Assembly: GCA_963796685.1 (NCBI GenBank)
Contig: CAWCMR010000025.1
Span: 1,504,001-1,568,000, forward strand
DNA: 64,000 bases
Direction of reading: 5' to 3'
DNA from: an uncultured delta proteobacterium
GTDB taxonomy: Bacteria; Myxococcota_A; Polyangia; Fen-1088
A program made the translations under genes and the position numbers. The notes under the pieces are model-generated. The model saw only the letters and a program-made list of their open reading frames with translations. It was not told the DNA's origin and ran no database searches. Below are positions 22,937-34,138 of this stretch, in pieces (position 1 is the stretch's first letter; each line of letters begins with the position of its first letter).

Positions 22937-24313
22937 ATGAATCCGAGAGTCTTTCGCGAGTACGACATCCGGGGCGTGGCAGAGCGGGATTTTCCGGACG
23001 ACTTCGTGGCCGAGCTGGGCGACGCCATCGGCGAGCATCTCTTCGAGGCCGGCGCCCGCCGCATCACCCTGGCGCGCGACTGCCGCGTGTCGTCGCCGCG
23101 CATCCACAAGATCATCCGGGCACGCCTCTTGTCCGCGGGGTTGGACGTGCAGGACATCGGCGAGGTGCACACGCCGGGCCTGTATTTTTCCGTCTTTCAC
23201 CTCGAGGCCGACGGGGGGGTGATGATCACCGCCAGCCACAATCCCGAGGAGGACAACGGGTTCAAGATCATGCGCGGCAAGGGCACCATCTTCGGCGCCG
23301 AGATCCAGAAGCTGCGCGAGCGCATCGAGCGCAGGGCCTTTGGCGCCACCTTGTTGCCCATCCCGCCCGGCAAGGCCGAGGATGTCGATGTGCTCACGCC
23401 GTACATCGCGCATGTCGTGAACAACGTCGCGCTCGGACCGCGCCGGTTCAAGGTCGTGGTCGACGGAGGAAACGGCATGGGCGGCATCGCTTGCGTGCCC
23501 ATCCTGAGAAAGCTCGGCTTCGAGGTCGATGCCCTGTTCTGCGACCCCGATGGTCGCTTTCCCAACCACCACCCCGATCCCACGGTGCCCGAGAACCTGG
23601 CCGCGCTGGTGGCGCGCATCCGGGAGACCGGCGCCGAGATCGGCATTGCCCTCGACGGTGACGCCGACCGCATCGGCGTGGTGGACCCGGCGGGGCGCAT
23701 CGTGTGGGGCGATCAACTCTTGATGTTGTTCGCCCGCGAGATCCTGCGCGAGCGCCCGGGCGCGACCTTCGTCAGCGAGGTGAAGTGCAGCCAGGTGATG
23801 TACGACGACATCGCCGCGCACGGCGGTCGCGCCATCATGTGGAAGGTCGGCCACTCGCTCATCAAGACCAAGATGAAGGAAGAGAAGGCCGTGCTGGCCG
23901 GCGAGATGTCGGGCCACATGTTCTTCGCCGACCGCTACTTCGGCTTCGACGATGCCGTGTACGCCGCGGCCCGCGTGGTCGAGCTGCTCAGTCGCAGCAA
24001 AGTGCCTTTGTCCGTCATCATCGACGGGCTTCCCGTGGTGCACAACACGCCCGAGATCCGCATGGATTGCCCCGATGACCTCAAGTTCGAGGTCGTCCGC
24101 CGCGCGCGCGAGCACTACCAGGCTCTCTATCCGGTCTCCGACGTGGACGGCGCGCGCATCAGTTTTCGTGGCGGCTGGGGTCTGGTTCGCGCCTCCAACA
24201 CGGGCCCCATTCTCGTGCTCCGCTGCGAGGCGGAGAGCGCGGTCCGGCTTGCGGAAATTCGTGCCGATATCGAGGGAACGCTGGGCAAGATCAAGGCCGC
24301 TCTCGGGGCCTAG
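22937..24313 (+). CDS. Phosphomannomutase/phosphoglucomutase
   Basis: FREYDIRG, TASHNP, DGDADR, GEMSGH, RASNT. Confidence 0.93.
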   Translation: MNPRVFREYDIRGVAERDFPDDFVAELGDAIGEHLFEAGARRITLARDCRVSSPRIHKIIRARLLSAGLDVQDIGEVHTPGLYFSVFHLEADGGVMITASHNPEEDNGFKIMRGKGTIFGAEIQKLRERIERRAFGATLLPIPPGKAEDVDVLTPYIAHVVNNVALGPRRFKVVVDGGNGMGGIACVPILRKLGFEVDALFCDPDGRFPNHHPDPTVPENLAALVARIRETGAEIGIALDGDADRIGVVDPAGRIVWGDQLLMLFAREILRERPGATFVSEVKCSQVMYDDIAAHGGRAIMWKVGHSLIKTKMKEEKAVLAGEMSGHMFFADRYFGFDDAVYAAARVVELLSRSKVPLSVIIDGLPVVHNTPEIRMDCPDDLKFEVVRRAREHYQALYPVSDVDGARISFRGGWGLVRASNTGPILVLRCEAESAVRLAEIRADIEGTLGKIKAALGA

Positions 24314-24526
24314 CTCTGGCCAGCACGATTTTGCCATGGGTGGCCAGGCGCCCGCGGGCTCGGGATTTTGGGCCGCACGTGCTTGCATTCTTCGGTGACA
24401 AGGCAGCACAATCGTGCTGGCCGTGACATACTTTCGACGCCTTGGGCTTGGCGACGGATCGCCCGGTCCTGTTTGGAGTTGAGCAGCTGGCGATAGGTCC
24501 ATCAATCTTCACCAGGAGATGCGGTC

Positions 24527-25231
24527 ATGAACACTCTGCGAGTATGCGCCACCGTCGGATTGGGACTGTCGCTTGTCCTTGGGATTGGCTGCAGCAGCAG
24601 CTCGAAGTCGGGCAATGCCGACGGTAGCACCCGAGACACGCGAAGATCGGACGGCCCCCAGAGCTACTTCGGCCCGGACACGACCACGACCTCGGCCCAA
24701 GCCTGCACCACCCTCGATGGCACCAAGGTGCAGCCTGGCAAATCCATCGTCATCGACTGCGTCACCTGGACTTGCGTGAGCGGCACGAACTTCAACGGAA
24801 CCGGAACGTCTTGCGCGGATGCCGGACGCACGACGGATGTGGCCGTGAAGCGCGACACCGCCTCGCCCGCCGATGCGCGTCCCGACGAGGCCGGTGTGGC
24901 CAGCGATGGCGGCGGCAAGGACACGCAGCCCGGTCTGGATGTCGGTGGCAAGGACACCAGCCTCCCCGAGGTGTCTATCCCCCTCGACACTGCTCCGCCA
25001 GAGCTGGACGTTGCAGTAGTCGAGGACACCGCGCAGCCAGAGCCCGATCTGCCTGTTCTGGTCGACGACACAGCGCCACCGGTCACGTGCACGTACGCCA
25101 CCGGGCAAACCTACGGCCTTGGCGTACAGTTTCCGTGCGGTTGCAAGACTTGTGAGTGCGACGTGAACGTGAGCTCCGGTAGCGGGATAATCAACATTGT
25201 CGCGGACAACTGCGCCGTAGACGCCCAGTAG
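24527..25231 (+). CDS. Hypothetical lipoprotein
   Basis: GGAG RBS, lipobox LGIGC, Asp/Pro-rich linker, two small Cys modules. Confidence 0.65.
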   Translation: MNTLRVCATVGLGLSLVLGIGCSSSSKSGNADGSTRDTRRSDGPQSYFGPDTTTTSAQACTTLDGTKVQPGKSIVIDCVTWTCVSGTNFNGTGTSCADAGRTTDVAVKRDTASPADARPDEAGVASDGGGKDTQPGLDVGGKDTSLPEVSIPLDTAPPELDVAVVEDTAQPEPDLPVLVDDTAPPVTCTYATGQTYGLGVQFPCGCKTCECDVNVSSGSGIINIVADNCAVDAQ

Positions 25232-25304
25232 ATCGGCTGGAGAATGGGGTTGCCCGATGGCCTGCTGATCAGGTGAGCAGGCTACGCGGAAGTCAGCGAC
25301 CCCG

Positions 25305-27411
25305 TCACGGCACCGGGCCGGAGGATGTGTAGATGAATCCGCCGAAGGTAGTGGCTACCAGCTTAGTGCCGTCCGCCGACGATGCGAGGCCAATCCAGTT
25401 CTGCGACGTTCCTCGCTGGGACCAGGTGGCTCCGGAGTCCGTCGAGGTGTAGATGTAGCCAGGGTCGACGGACGTGGCCAGCTTGGTGCCGTCAGCAGAG
25501 GAGGCGATCCCCTGCCCCCACTGTTGTGATGTGCCGTTTTGCGACCACGTCAGCCCCGAGTTGGTCGAGATATAGATGAAGTCGGCCGTAGCCACGGCGA
25601 TCAGCCTGGTGCCATCGCTAGACGATGCGACCCCTTTCCATTGTTGCGACGTTCCTCGCTGTGTCCATGTTGCACCAAAGTCTGTCGAAGTGTAGAGAAA
25701 TCCACCGTTGACTAGGGCGATGAGACTCTTGCCATCCGCGGACGACGCAACGCCGTACCACACTTGCGATGTGCCCCTTTGGGACCAGGTGGCTCCTGAG
25801 TCGGTTGAAGTGTAGATGAATCCACTATTGGCCACAGCGACGAGGTTGCTCCCGTCAGCGGACGACGCGACACCCTGCCATGAATGGGAGCTGGCCCGCT
25901 GGGACCAGGTGGCTCCTGAGTCCGTCGAGGTTAGGATGTAACTTCCTGCGCTCCCGGCTATCAGTTTGCTGCCATCGGCAGACGATGCGAGGCGATTCCA
26001 AAAGTTGGGTGCTACCTCTTGGCGACCACGTGCTGCCGGAGTCCGCCGACGTGTAGATGTCGCCACCCAGAACACCGGCAACAAGTTTGGTGCCGTCAGC
26101 GGACGATGCGACCCCTTCCCACATTTGGGAAGTTCCCTGTTGCGTCCAAGTGACTCCAGCCATTGCAACACAGGCGCCGACGTCGTTGGTCAACTGGTCC
26201 GTAGGGCATGGTGAATTCACAACACAGTTACCCGTCCCGCTGTTGTGGTAGCCAGTCGTGCAGGAGTAAGACGGTGTGCAGGTTCCTGTGCCACCGTTAT
26301 GGTAAGCACTGGAACACGTTCCGTTCGTAACACAGCCGCCAGCGCCGCCGTCATGGTAGCCGCTGGAGCACATTCCGCTGGCCACGCAAAGGCCAGTGCC
26401 ACCATCGTGGTAGCCGGTGGAGCAGGTACCGCTAGCCACGCAAACGCCAGCGCCACCGTCGTGATAGTCGGTGGAACACGTGCCGCTATTGACGCAAGCC
26501 CCAGCGCCGCCGTCGTGGTAGCCAGAGGCGCACGTACCGCTAGCGACGCAAATTCCATCCCCGCCGTCATGATAGCTGTCTGGGCAAGTCCCGACCGCAA
26601 CACAGACGCCAGCACCGCCCTCGTGGAAATTCGGCGAGCATTGCCCCATGGCCACGCAGACGCCGTTGCCGCCGTCATGGTAGTTGGTGGCGCAGCCGCT
26701 TTGCACGCACGTCCCCGCGCCGTTGTCGTGGTACTCAGGTGAACAGAGGCCATTCCCCACGCACGCGCCATCCCCGCCGTTGTGGTAGCCAAGGGCGCAA
26801 CCGCTGGGCACACATAGACCGGTTCCGTCGTCGTGCATGGACGATACACAGCCTGTCGGTACGTCAAGCACGGACGAATCGAGTACAACCGTAGTTGAAC
26901 CGTCAATTCCACCGGTCGTCGAGTCGGAGGTGTCGGTACTGGTTCCTTTGTCTGCATTCTCGTCGACAGGGCTGCCGCCTCCTGTATCACCACCGCCGCC
27001 ACTTTCTAGGCCTCCGGTCCCACCCGCTCCGCTGCCGTCCGCGCCACCGCTACCGCTCGTGGGGACGTCGATGGCAGCGCCAGCTTCCGGCAAGGTCGGG
27101 CCATGCGAATCGATGGTTGAACTGTCGATCTGCGGACCGCTCGTGTCATCCAAGGCCCTCGAATCGATTCCGCTCGCGGTTCCGGCCTCGGTACTCCCGG
27201 CATCAATGCCTAGCGCACACATCCAAGCTCCACTGGCTCGCGTGCATGCATAGCCGCTCGGGCAGGATGTCCTGTCTTCCGGTTGACATGGGATCTTCGA
27301 CGGCTCAAGACTATGAAAGCAACCGGCCACCAAGGCTCCCACCAACACGACGGCCGGTGAGTAACGGTGCCAGCGAACGGACGTGGATTGGGATAGACGT
27401 TTCAAATCCAT
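25305..27411 (-). CDS. Lipoprotein with 12 Cys/His repeats and an Asp-box (BNR) propeller; frameshift near 26003
   Basis: About 18-aa CxxxYHDGGxGxC repeats, six TSxD/NSGxTW-type boxes; start overlaps upstream stop (TGATG). Confidence 0.75.
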
Positions 27412-28220
27412 CAAAAGGCTCCGAGAAGGACAGCACCGGGGCTGCCAGCAACGGCCGCTGGCGCGACGGTCGCGGTGCCAGCATTCCAACCCAGAAAGTA
27501 GAGAACCGCACCGCCGGCTAGGCAGACAGCGCCTGCGCCATACCCGACCAGAACCAAGGACTTGGTGGTCTTGTTCGATGAGTCCCTATTTGGGTCGTAG
27601 TGGCGTTGCAAATCGTCGATCGTGTTGTTGTACTTGATGTTCAGAACGAGGCCAGCGATCAAAACCGCGGCACCGACAGACGCCGTCAGGATACCGGCCG
27701 TTCGCAGAGTGGAACCTTGCGCCTCTGTACTGGTAGTGCCCATGGGTTGAGCGACGACAACGCGGACTGGATTGGTGGGAGCAGGTCCCGGCGGCACGGC
27801 CAAGGACGGGTTCACTGGCACGGCTGGTTCCACTGCCCCAGGTCTTGCGCGCCCTGCCTCATCCTTGCCGAGCAGGGCTTGGCAATCGGCGATGTGTTTC
27901 TCCGCATCCGCGCGGTCCGTGGCGTCCGCATCCTTGGCCTTTCGTAGGTACTCGCGGAATCTCGCGACGGCGTCTGCGCAGCGGCTATTCTGCTCGAAGC
28001 AGCGCCCCTGATTGAAGATGTAGGTCGGGTCATTGGTGTCGAGATACAAGTCGACTAACAGCCCGACGCCCTTGACCGGATCGCCGGTGAGGCATGCTCG
28101 CTTGGCCGCGCGTTCTTTCGTTTCCCTGCTCCCCGCCGACGCATTAGGCAGCATCAGCACGAACGAAATCCAGAAGACCGAAAATCTCAGGCTACGCACA
28201 TTTCGCACTGTTCTTCCCAT
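27411..28220 (-). CDS. TPR-like secreted/membrane protein
   Basis: YIFNQGRCFEQ..AVARFREYLR helix pair, two C-terminal hydrophobic segments. Confidence 0.65.
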   Translation of the reverse strand: MGRTVRNVRSLRFSVFWISFVLMLPNASAGSRETKERAAKRACLTGDPVKGVGLLVDLYLDTNDPTYIFNQGRCFEQNSRCADAVARFREYLRKAKDADATDRADAEKHIADCQALLGKDEAGRARPGAVEPAVPVNPSLAVPPGPAPTNPVRVVVAQPMGTTSTEAQGSTLRTAGILTASVGAAVLIAGLVLNIKYNNTIDDLQRHYDPNRDSSNKTTKSLVLVGYGAGAVCLAGGAVLYFLGWNAGTATVAPAAVAGSPGAVLLGAF

Positions 28221-28629
28221 GACTTATGGCGCCATTACGCTTCCGCGATGCTGTCCCAAATCCGCTCGGCACGCAAGGGTGTGGATGGCACATACCCATG
28301 GGCACGGCACCGGCTCCCGCGGCCCTGTCGCTGCACGACTCCTCTCTTAAGCTCGTCTCCGGTCGATTGGATTCGCAAAGTGCAGTGTCCTGAGCACCTC
28401 CTTCACTAAGACGGTGATCGTTCCTTCGGGCCGCGGCAGTCCGAGTAACACCGTCTCGCTGGCGTCCCAAGCCGCTTAACGCAATCAGACTTTGCCCGCC
28501 GTGGTCAATCCCATCTCCCTTATCAGGCTCGGCGGCGAACGGATCGCGCGGGTACGACGTAGATCGCCAGGATGGCTCCTTTTCCGTGGGCTCTCGTTCA
28601 GCGCTATGGGATCATTCCGCCGCCCTGCG

Positions 28630-30156
28630 ATGCCCAGCAAGTCTTTGATCCGAAAATCCGGCTCGAGCGCCACGTCGCCACGCCACGAGCTGTACCACGA
28701 GATCTTCGGTTCGATCCTCGATCGGACCGAGATGACGCCGTACCTGTTGCTGCGCTCGGATGCCTACCGGGTCGCGCTTCTACAGGCAACGCGCATGATG
28801 GGCAATCGCGGGTTCGATACCCAGGGCACGGACGAGCTGCGCCCAGGGGAAAAGGCGCGTGCCCAGGCCTATGTCCGCCAGGTCCGGCGCTACTTCGTCG
28901 GCTGGTTGCTGCCCTTCATGAAAAAGCAACTGGTCGAGCTCGCGGCCTTGAAGTCGGGCAACCACGGCCGCTACCGGTCGTGCCAGCGGGCCATCGGCAA
29001 GCTGCACGCCACGCTGGCGGACCAGGGGTTTGGCCGCCTTGTCGACCGCGACCCGCGCCATCTCTTTCTGCTCGCTTCCTCGCGCAAGTACCCGGGGCTT
29101 TTTCACGGCTACCGCGGGCGGAACCTCGTCATCCCGGACGCTTGGCAGCGCATGGCGTGCGCCATGCTCAAGATGGGGCACATCATCAAGTCCATCGAGG
29201 AGGACAGCCAGGACATCCACGACTACGCCCAGCTCGGCATCTTCCTCGAAAGCCGATCGCGCCGCCTCGACGACCTCTTCAACTTCAACTGGGAAAGCCC
29301 CGACGTCTTGCCCGACGACGAGCCCGCCCGGCGCGCCTTCGTCAAGCTTTCGGTCTTCTTTCACAAGCTGAAGGAATCGATGACCTTCGACCGGGCCAAG
29401 GCCTGCCTGGTCTTCAACAGCGGCGATGGCGTCGAGGTCGACATCCTCGAGGTGAAGGCCCGGCTCAAGAGCCCGGAGAGCATGTTCACCAAGCTCGGCA
29501 AGAATGTGGAAGGCGAGGCCCACGACATTCGCGACATCCTGGCCATCACGTTTCTGCTCAAGAGCCGCGAGGACACGCTGACCTTGTTTCACGCCTTGCA
29601 GAAGCGCGGCGTGATCCTGCAAGAGAACACCGTCTCGCACTCGATCACGCAGACGCTCTTCGACACGCCGGCCGACATGATCGAGGCGGTGCGCCGCTTG
29701 ACCCTGGCCCTGGCGCGCAGCGAGGGCAGTGTGGCGCGCGCGCCGGTGGGGCAGCTGCGGGCCGAGGCCAGGGAGTTCTTCAGCGCCCTCAGTGTCAATG
29801 CCAGTCACAACGCGGACTCTGCCCTCGGGCACCGCAAGTTCCAGTGCAAGATCAACTACTCGCTGCCCATCCACCGCGACGCCGCCACCAACCAGATCCT
29901 GGTTCCCGGCACGGCGGACTACGCCGCGAGAGACGCTCATCCCATCACGACCCAGCAGCACACCTTGGGGGTCGAGTTGCGCATTTCGGATCGCCAGAGC
30001 TGGCATGTCTCGGAGCTGAAGGGCGAATCCCACCACGACGCGTACCGCTTTCGCCAGCTTCTCGCCCTGATGAATCGCCTCTTTCGCCCCACCTTCGATT
30101 TTCCGCGCGAAGGCGACGCGCAGCTGCGTAGGGATCAGGGCCGCATCTTCGGGTGA
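28630..30156 (+). CDS. RelA/SpoT-like nucleotidyltransferase-fold protein (TIGR04552-like)
   Basis: ARLKSPESMFTKL, IRDILAITF, VELRI, HDAYR. Confidence 0.6.
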   Translation: MPSKSLIRKSGSSATSPRHELYHEIFGSILDRTEMTPYLLLRSDAYRVALLQATRMMGNRGFDTQGTDELRPGEKARAQAYVRQVRRYFVGWLLPFMKKQLVELAALKSGNHGRYRSCQRAIGKLHATLADQGFGRLVDRDPRHLFLLASSRKYPGLFHGYRGRNLVIPDAWQRMACAMLKMGHIIKSIEEDSQDIHDYAQLGIFLESRSRRLDDLFNFNWESPDVLPDDEPARRAFVKLSVFFHKLKESMTFDRAKACLVFNSGDGVEVDILEVKARLKSPESMFTKLGKNVEGEAHDIRDILAITFLLKSREDTLTLFHALQKRGVILQENTVSHSITQTLFDTPADMIEAVRRLTLALARSEGSVARAPVGQLRAEAREFFSALSVNASHNADSALGHRKFQCKINYSLPIHRDAATNQILVPGTADYAARDAHPITTQQHTLGVELRISDRQSWHVSELKGESHHDAYRFRQLLALMNRLFRPTFDFPREGDAQLRRDQGRIFG

Positions 30157-30531
30157 ATGGCTACCGACTTCCAGCGTCGACACGCCCCATCCAACGCTGC
30201 GGCCCTCCATCCAGTGCGTCGACACACCAAGCTCTGCCGACCGCCGCAGACCGTTCGCATTTGAGGAATCTCGTCCCAGGCAAGTCGCCCACCGTGTGGC
30301 CTCGACCTGTGGAGCGGCCGGCGTGGGCGAGGCGTGTCCGCCGAACCGTCGGGCGTCGGCGTCGACTCGGATTCGCTCGAGGAACCGTCATCATATCCCT
30401 GCATTACGGTCCTTGAAAGTTGGCAAATGGTAACTGGGCGTGCGCCTGCCGTCGATTGTGGCCACAATTGAAGTGTGGGCCGGCGTCCTTGTTCGACGTG
30501 TCGGCATCTATACAACAGGAATCAAACATCC

Positions 30532-31632
30532 ATGTCTGTCTCGACCCTCTTCGAACCCTTCACACTCGGAAAGCTCGCGCTCAAGAACCGTATCGTCATG
30601 GCTCCCATGATGAGAAATCGAGCGGTGGAGTCCAATACTCCGAACCAACTCATGGCCGAGTACTACGCCCAGCGCGCGGCAGCCGGCCTCATCATCACGG
30701 AAGGCACCTCGCCGTCGCCGAATGGCACCGGGTACGCGCGCATTCCCGGGCTTTGGGCCGCGCGCCAGGTCGCGGGCTGGAAGAAGGTCACCGACGCCGT
30801 TCACGCCAAGAACGGGCGCATCTTCGTGCAGCTCATGCACACCGGGCGGGTGGGCCATCCCCTGAATTTGCCCGCTGGCGCGCAGCTTCTCGCGCCCAGT
30901 GCGGTGCCTGCCGAGGGCACCGTGCTCACCGATGCACAGGGCGCGCAACCCTACCCCGTGCCGCGCGCGATGAGCGAGGCCGAGGTGTGGGCCACGGTGG
31001 ACGAATACAAGTCGGCCGCGCTGAAAGCGGTGGCCGCGGGATTCGACGGCGTGGAGCTGGACGGCACGAACGGCACTCTCCTGGAACAGTTCCTGAGCCC
31101 GCACAGCAACCAGCGCGAGGATTCCTGGGGCGGCTCGGTCGACAAGCGCATCGGGTTCCTGGTCGAGGTGGCCAAGCAGGTGACCACGGTCATCGGTGGC
31201 GGGCGGGTCGGCATCCGCCTGTCTCCCTACGGCATGAGCCCCAATGCGAAGACCTATCCCGAGATCGACGAAACCTACAAGGCCTTGGTGGCGCGACTCG
31301 CCCCCTACGGCCTCGTGTACATCCACCTCGTCGATCGCTCCAGCACGGGCGCGCCCATGATACCTGACCGCCTCAAGCAGGTCTTGCGGCGGGCCTGGCC
31401 GCGCACCATCGTCCTTGCCGGGGGCCTCGACCGCTCTTTGGCAGAGGCTGCGTTCCGCGACGGCAAGGGAGATCTCTTCGCCTTCGGCCGCGCCTTTCTC
31501 GCCAACCCGGATTTGGTGCTGCGCCTCGAGGGCAATCTGCCGCTCAATCCGCCCGATCCCTCCACCTTCTACACACCGGGCCCCAAGGGGTACACCGACT
31601 ATCCCCTGGTCACCGCGCTCAACTTAGCGTGA
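30532..31632 (+). CDS. Old yellow enzyme family alkene reductase
   Basis: LKNRIVMAPM, QLMHTGR, GFDGVE, FLANPDL, GYTDYP; the usual H-x-x-N/H site reads DGTN. Confidence 0.9.
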   Translation: MSVSTLFEPFTLGKLALKNRIVMAPMMRNRAVESNTPNQLMAEYYAQRAAAGLIITEGTSPSPNGTGYARIPGLWAARQVAGWKKVTDAVHAKNGRIFVQLMHTGRVGHPLNLPAGAQLLAPSAVPAEGTVLTDAQGAQPYPVPRAMSEAEVWATVDEYKSAALKAVAAGFDGVELDGTNGTLLEQFLSPHSNQREDSWGGSVDKRIGFLVEVAKQVTTVIGGGRVGIRLSPYGMSPNAKTYPEIDETYKALVARLAPYGLVYIHLVDRSSTGAPMIPDRLKQVLRRAWPRTIVLAGGLDRSLAEAAFRDGKGDLFAFGRAFLANPDLVLRLEGNLPLNPPDPSTFYTPGPKGYTDYPLVTALNLA

Positions 31633-32228
31633 ACGGGTAGCTGACGATCTGGCTCGTGCCGGCGGCCGGGAAGCGGAGGCCGCCCATCACGCCCTTGATG
31701 CAACCGTAAAGGCCGTTTCGCTGGAGCACGGCGGGCCCTTCCACGCGCACGCCGCGCACGGTGCCTGCGCGCTGGATACGGAACTTGATGGTCACGCGGC
31801 CGGGCACGTAGGTCTCGGGATCCGGCCGCGCACGTGCGATGCAGTCCAAGATCGCCGATTCCCGGCTGCGAAAGTGCTCGTCGATCTCGATCTTGCGACA
31901 GCTCGGGCAGCTCCTTGTCGCTCGACATGTCCAGGCGAAGCACGTCGGGTTTGGACAGGTCGTCGCCCTGCGCGACGGGGCGGAGATCCGCGGCCGATAG
32001 ATGCACCGGCTCGGGCTCGGCGCTTGCCAACCCGTCGCTGGCCGCGAGCCCACGTGCGACGCGAGCCGCGCCGCGACCGTGCCTTCTCGTCTTCTTGGCG
32101 GTGGTCGGCGTGCCCGCATCCGCGGCGGGCAGTCGTGGTCCGGCCGTCCTTGGCTGCAGGTGCTGCCAGTAGAAATAGCCGCCGATGCCCAGGCCAGCGA
32201 CCAGCAGACCGAGGAAAAATCCCTTCAT
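31619..32228 (-). CDS. AgmX/PglI C-terminal (TonB-C-like) membrane protein; frameshift near 31890
   Basis: N-terminal TM; ELSQD joins EIDEHF..GRVTIKFRI..VSYPF. Confidence 0.65.
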
Positions 32229-32296
32229 GCCAGCGTGAGCCTACAACGAAGGGAGGCCTCCAGCGAGGTCGCGCTTCACGCGCCGCGAGCGGCCGA

Positions 32297-33208
32297 CTAT
32301 CCGCCGATCCACGCGTGCTCGATGAAGGCCCACACCTGCTGGTGCAAGAACAGGTAGCCGAGGGCGCTGGCGGCCAGAAATGGGCCGAAAGGAACCTCGC
32401 TGCGTCTGAGGGACGGCTGGGCGGGCGGCGCCTGCTCTGCGGGCTGCGGCGAATCCGACGCGCCTGGCACGGCTGCATGCTTCCGACGCTGCCCCAGCAA
32501 CACCGGGATGCTGACCAGCACGCCGAGGAACGAAGCCGAGAAGACAATCGGAGGCAGCGCCTTCCATCCGAGGAGCGCCCCCATGGCGGCCAGCAGCTTG
32601 CCGTCGCCCAGGCCCAGGCCCTCGCGACCCGTGGCGTAGTAATAGGCATCGGCGATGAGGCGCACCACCGCGTATCCGGCGACGGCACCGATGGCGCGCT
32701 CGATCCATCCGACTTCTCCGGTGGCGAAGCCGCCCAGGAAGAACACCACCACCGCGGGCAGGGTGATCCGGTCGGGCAAGCGCTTGGTGTCGAGATCGAT
32801 GAAGGTCAGCACGACCAGCACGGCCGAAAAGGAGAAGTACACCGTGTAGCGCGCGACGCGCAAGCCGAGCGGCAGTCCGTGTGCATCGAGCGCGAAACAC
32901 CACAGCACCAGGACCGAGAGCACGGCGGTCAGCGCTTCGACCAGGGCATGGCGGGCCGAGAACTTGGCCCCGCAGTGCCGGCACCGGCCGCGCAGCAAGA
33001 GGTAGGAGAGGATGGGGATGTTGTCGCGGGCGCGCACCCGGGCGCCGCAGGCGAAGCAGTGCGAGGGCGGCGTCACCACGGACATGCCGCGCGGGATGCG
33101 GGCGATGCAGACGTTGAGAAAGCTGCCCCAGATGGCGCCGAAGGCGGCGGCGGCGAAGAGCGCCGGAATCCTCCAGGCCGCCAGGTAGTCAGCAAGGGGT
33201 GGGTTCAC
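32297..33208 (-). CDS. pilD: Type IV prepilin peptidase/N-methyltransferase
   Basis: GSFLNVCIARIP, CxxC pairs, FIDLD, GLGDGKL, PFGPFL. Confidence 0.93.
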   Translation of the reverse strand: MNPPLADYLAAWRIPALFAAAAFGAIWGSFLNVCIARIPRGMSVVTPPSHCFACGARVRARDNIPILSYLLLRGRCRHCGAKFSARHALVEALTAVLSVLVLWCFALDAHGLPLGLRVARYTVYFSFSAVLVVLTFIDLDTKRLPDRITLPAVVVFFLGGFATGEVGWIERAIGAVAGYAVVRLIADAYYYATGREGLGLGDGKLLAAMGALLGWKALPPIVFSASFLGVLVSIPVLLGQRRKHAAVPGASDSPQPAEQAPPAQPSLRRSEVPFGPFLAASALGYLFLHQQVWAFIEHAWIGG

Positions 33209-33250
33209 GGCTAGACGGTATCATTTGGTGGTAGATTTCGCCGCACATCG

Positions 33251-34138
33251 ATGCGGGCTTTGCCGTCCTTCACGTTTTTCATGCTTCTGGTCGCGGCCTT
33301 GGTCGTCGCGCCCTCCGGCTGTGGCCGGAAAAAGGCAGCCGTCGCGAGCAGCGCACTCGAGACCTTGGATCGCGCCCTGGGACCGGGGGAATTCGCCGCG
33401 GCCTTGCGCAAGGCCGGGGGAGGTCACTACCACGCCACGGCGCTCTTCCACGTCGATGCCACGGGCAAGGCCGCCCCCGGCGACGCCGCGAAGCCGGCAT
33501 CGCCGTCGGCCATCACCACCACGACCGACCTGTGGATGGACAGGCAGGGCGATTTTCGCTTGGTGGAAAGCAACGACCAGGACGGGGGACGAGAAATCGT
33601 GCGCGTGGGTGGCGAGGTCGCCGTGGCTTTGCGCTACGGCAAGATGATCCGGCGGGCCGCGCAGGATGCCGAGGACACGCGCTTTCTCTCCGAGGCACTG
33701 GGCGCGCCGTGGGCCGCGTGGGAGCTCGTTCGCCGCCAGGTCGAGTCGGACGAAGCGGGCCAAGGTGCCTATCGCCTGCGGCTGGGCGGCCGTCTCGCCG
33801 AGCTGCCTTTGGGATTTCCACCCGCGCAGGGCTTGCGCAAGTGGCGCGACACGATCGTCGTGAAGACGCTCGAAGGTCAGGCGACGTTGGACGGTGGTAG
33901 CCACATGCCCCTTGCCTTCGCGTGCAAGACAACCTTTCAAGCCGTGCGCGATCAGGTCCCCGTCGCCGGCGAGGCGAGTGTCTCGGCCGTGCTCGACCAG
34001 GTGGGCAAGGTGGCGGACATCGCTCTGCCCGAGACCGAGCCCTTGCACGTTCGCCAGCGCACCATCCTCGAGGAGCGCGCCTTGCTGAGCGGTCTCGGCG
34101 CGGTGCTCGCGCCAACGGGCAAGAAACCGGTGCCATGA
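33251..34138 (+). CDS. Hypothetical lipoprotein
   Basis: Lipobox PSGC; coupled to next ORF by ATGA overlap. Confidence 0.65.
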   Translation: MRALPSFTFFMLLVAALVVAPSGCGRKKAAVASSALETLDRALGPGEFAAALRKAGGGHYHATALFHVDATGKAAPGDAAKPASPSAITTTTDLWMDRQGDFRLVESNDQDGGREIVRVGGEVAVALRYGKMIRRAAQDAEDTRFLSEALGAPWAAWELVRRQVESDEAGQGAYRLRLGGRLAELPLGFPPAQGLRKWRDTIVVKTLEGQATLDGGSHMPLAFACKTTFQAVRDQVPVAGEASVSAVLDQVGKVADIALPETEPLHVRQRTILEERALLSGLGAVLAPTGKKPVP

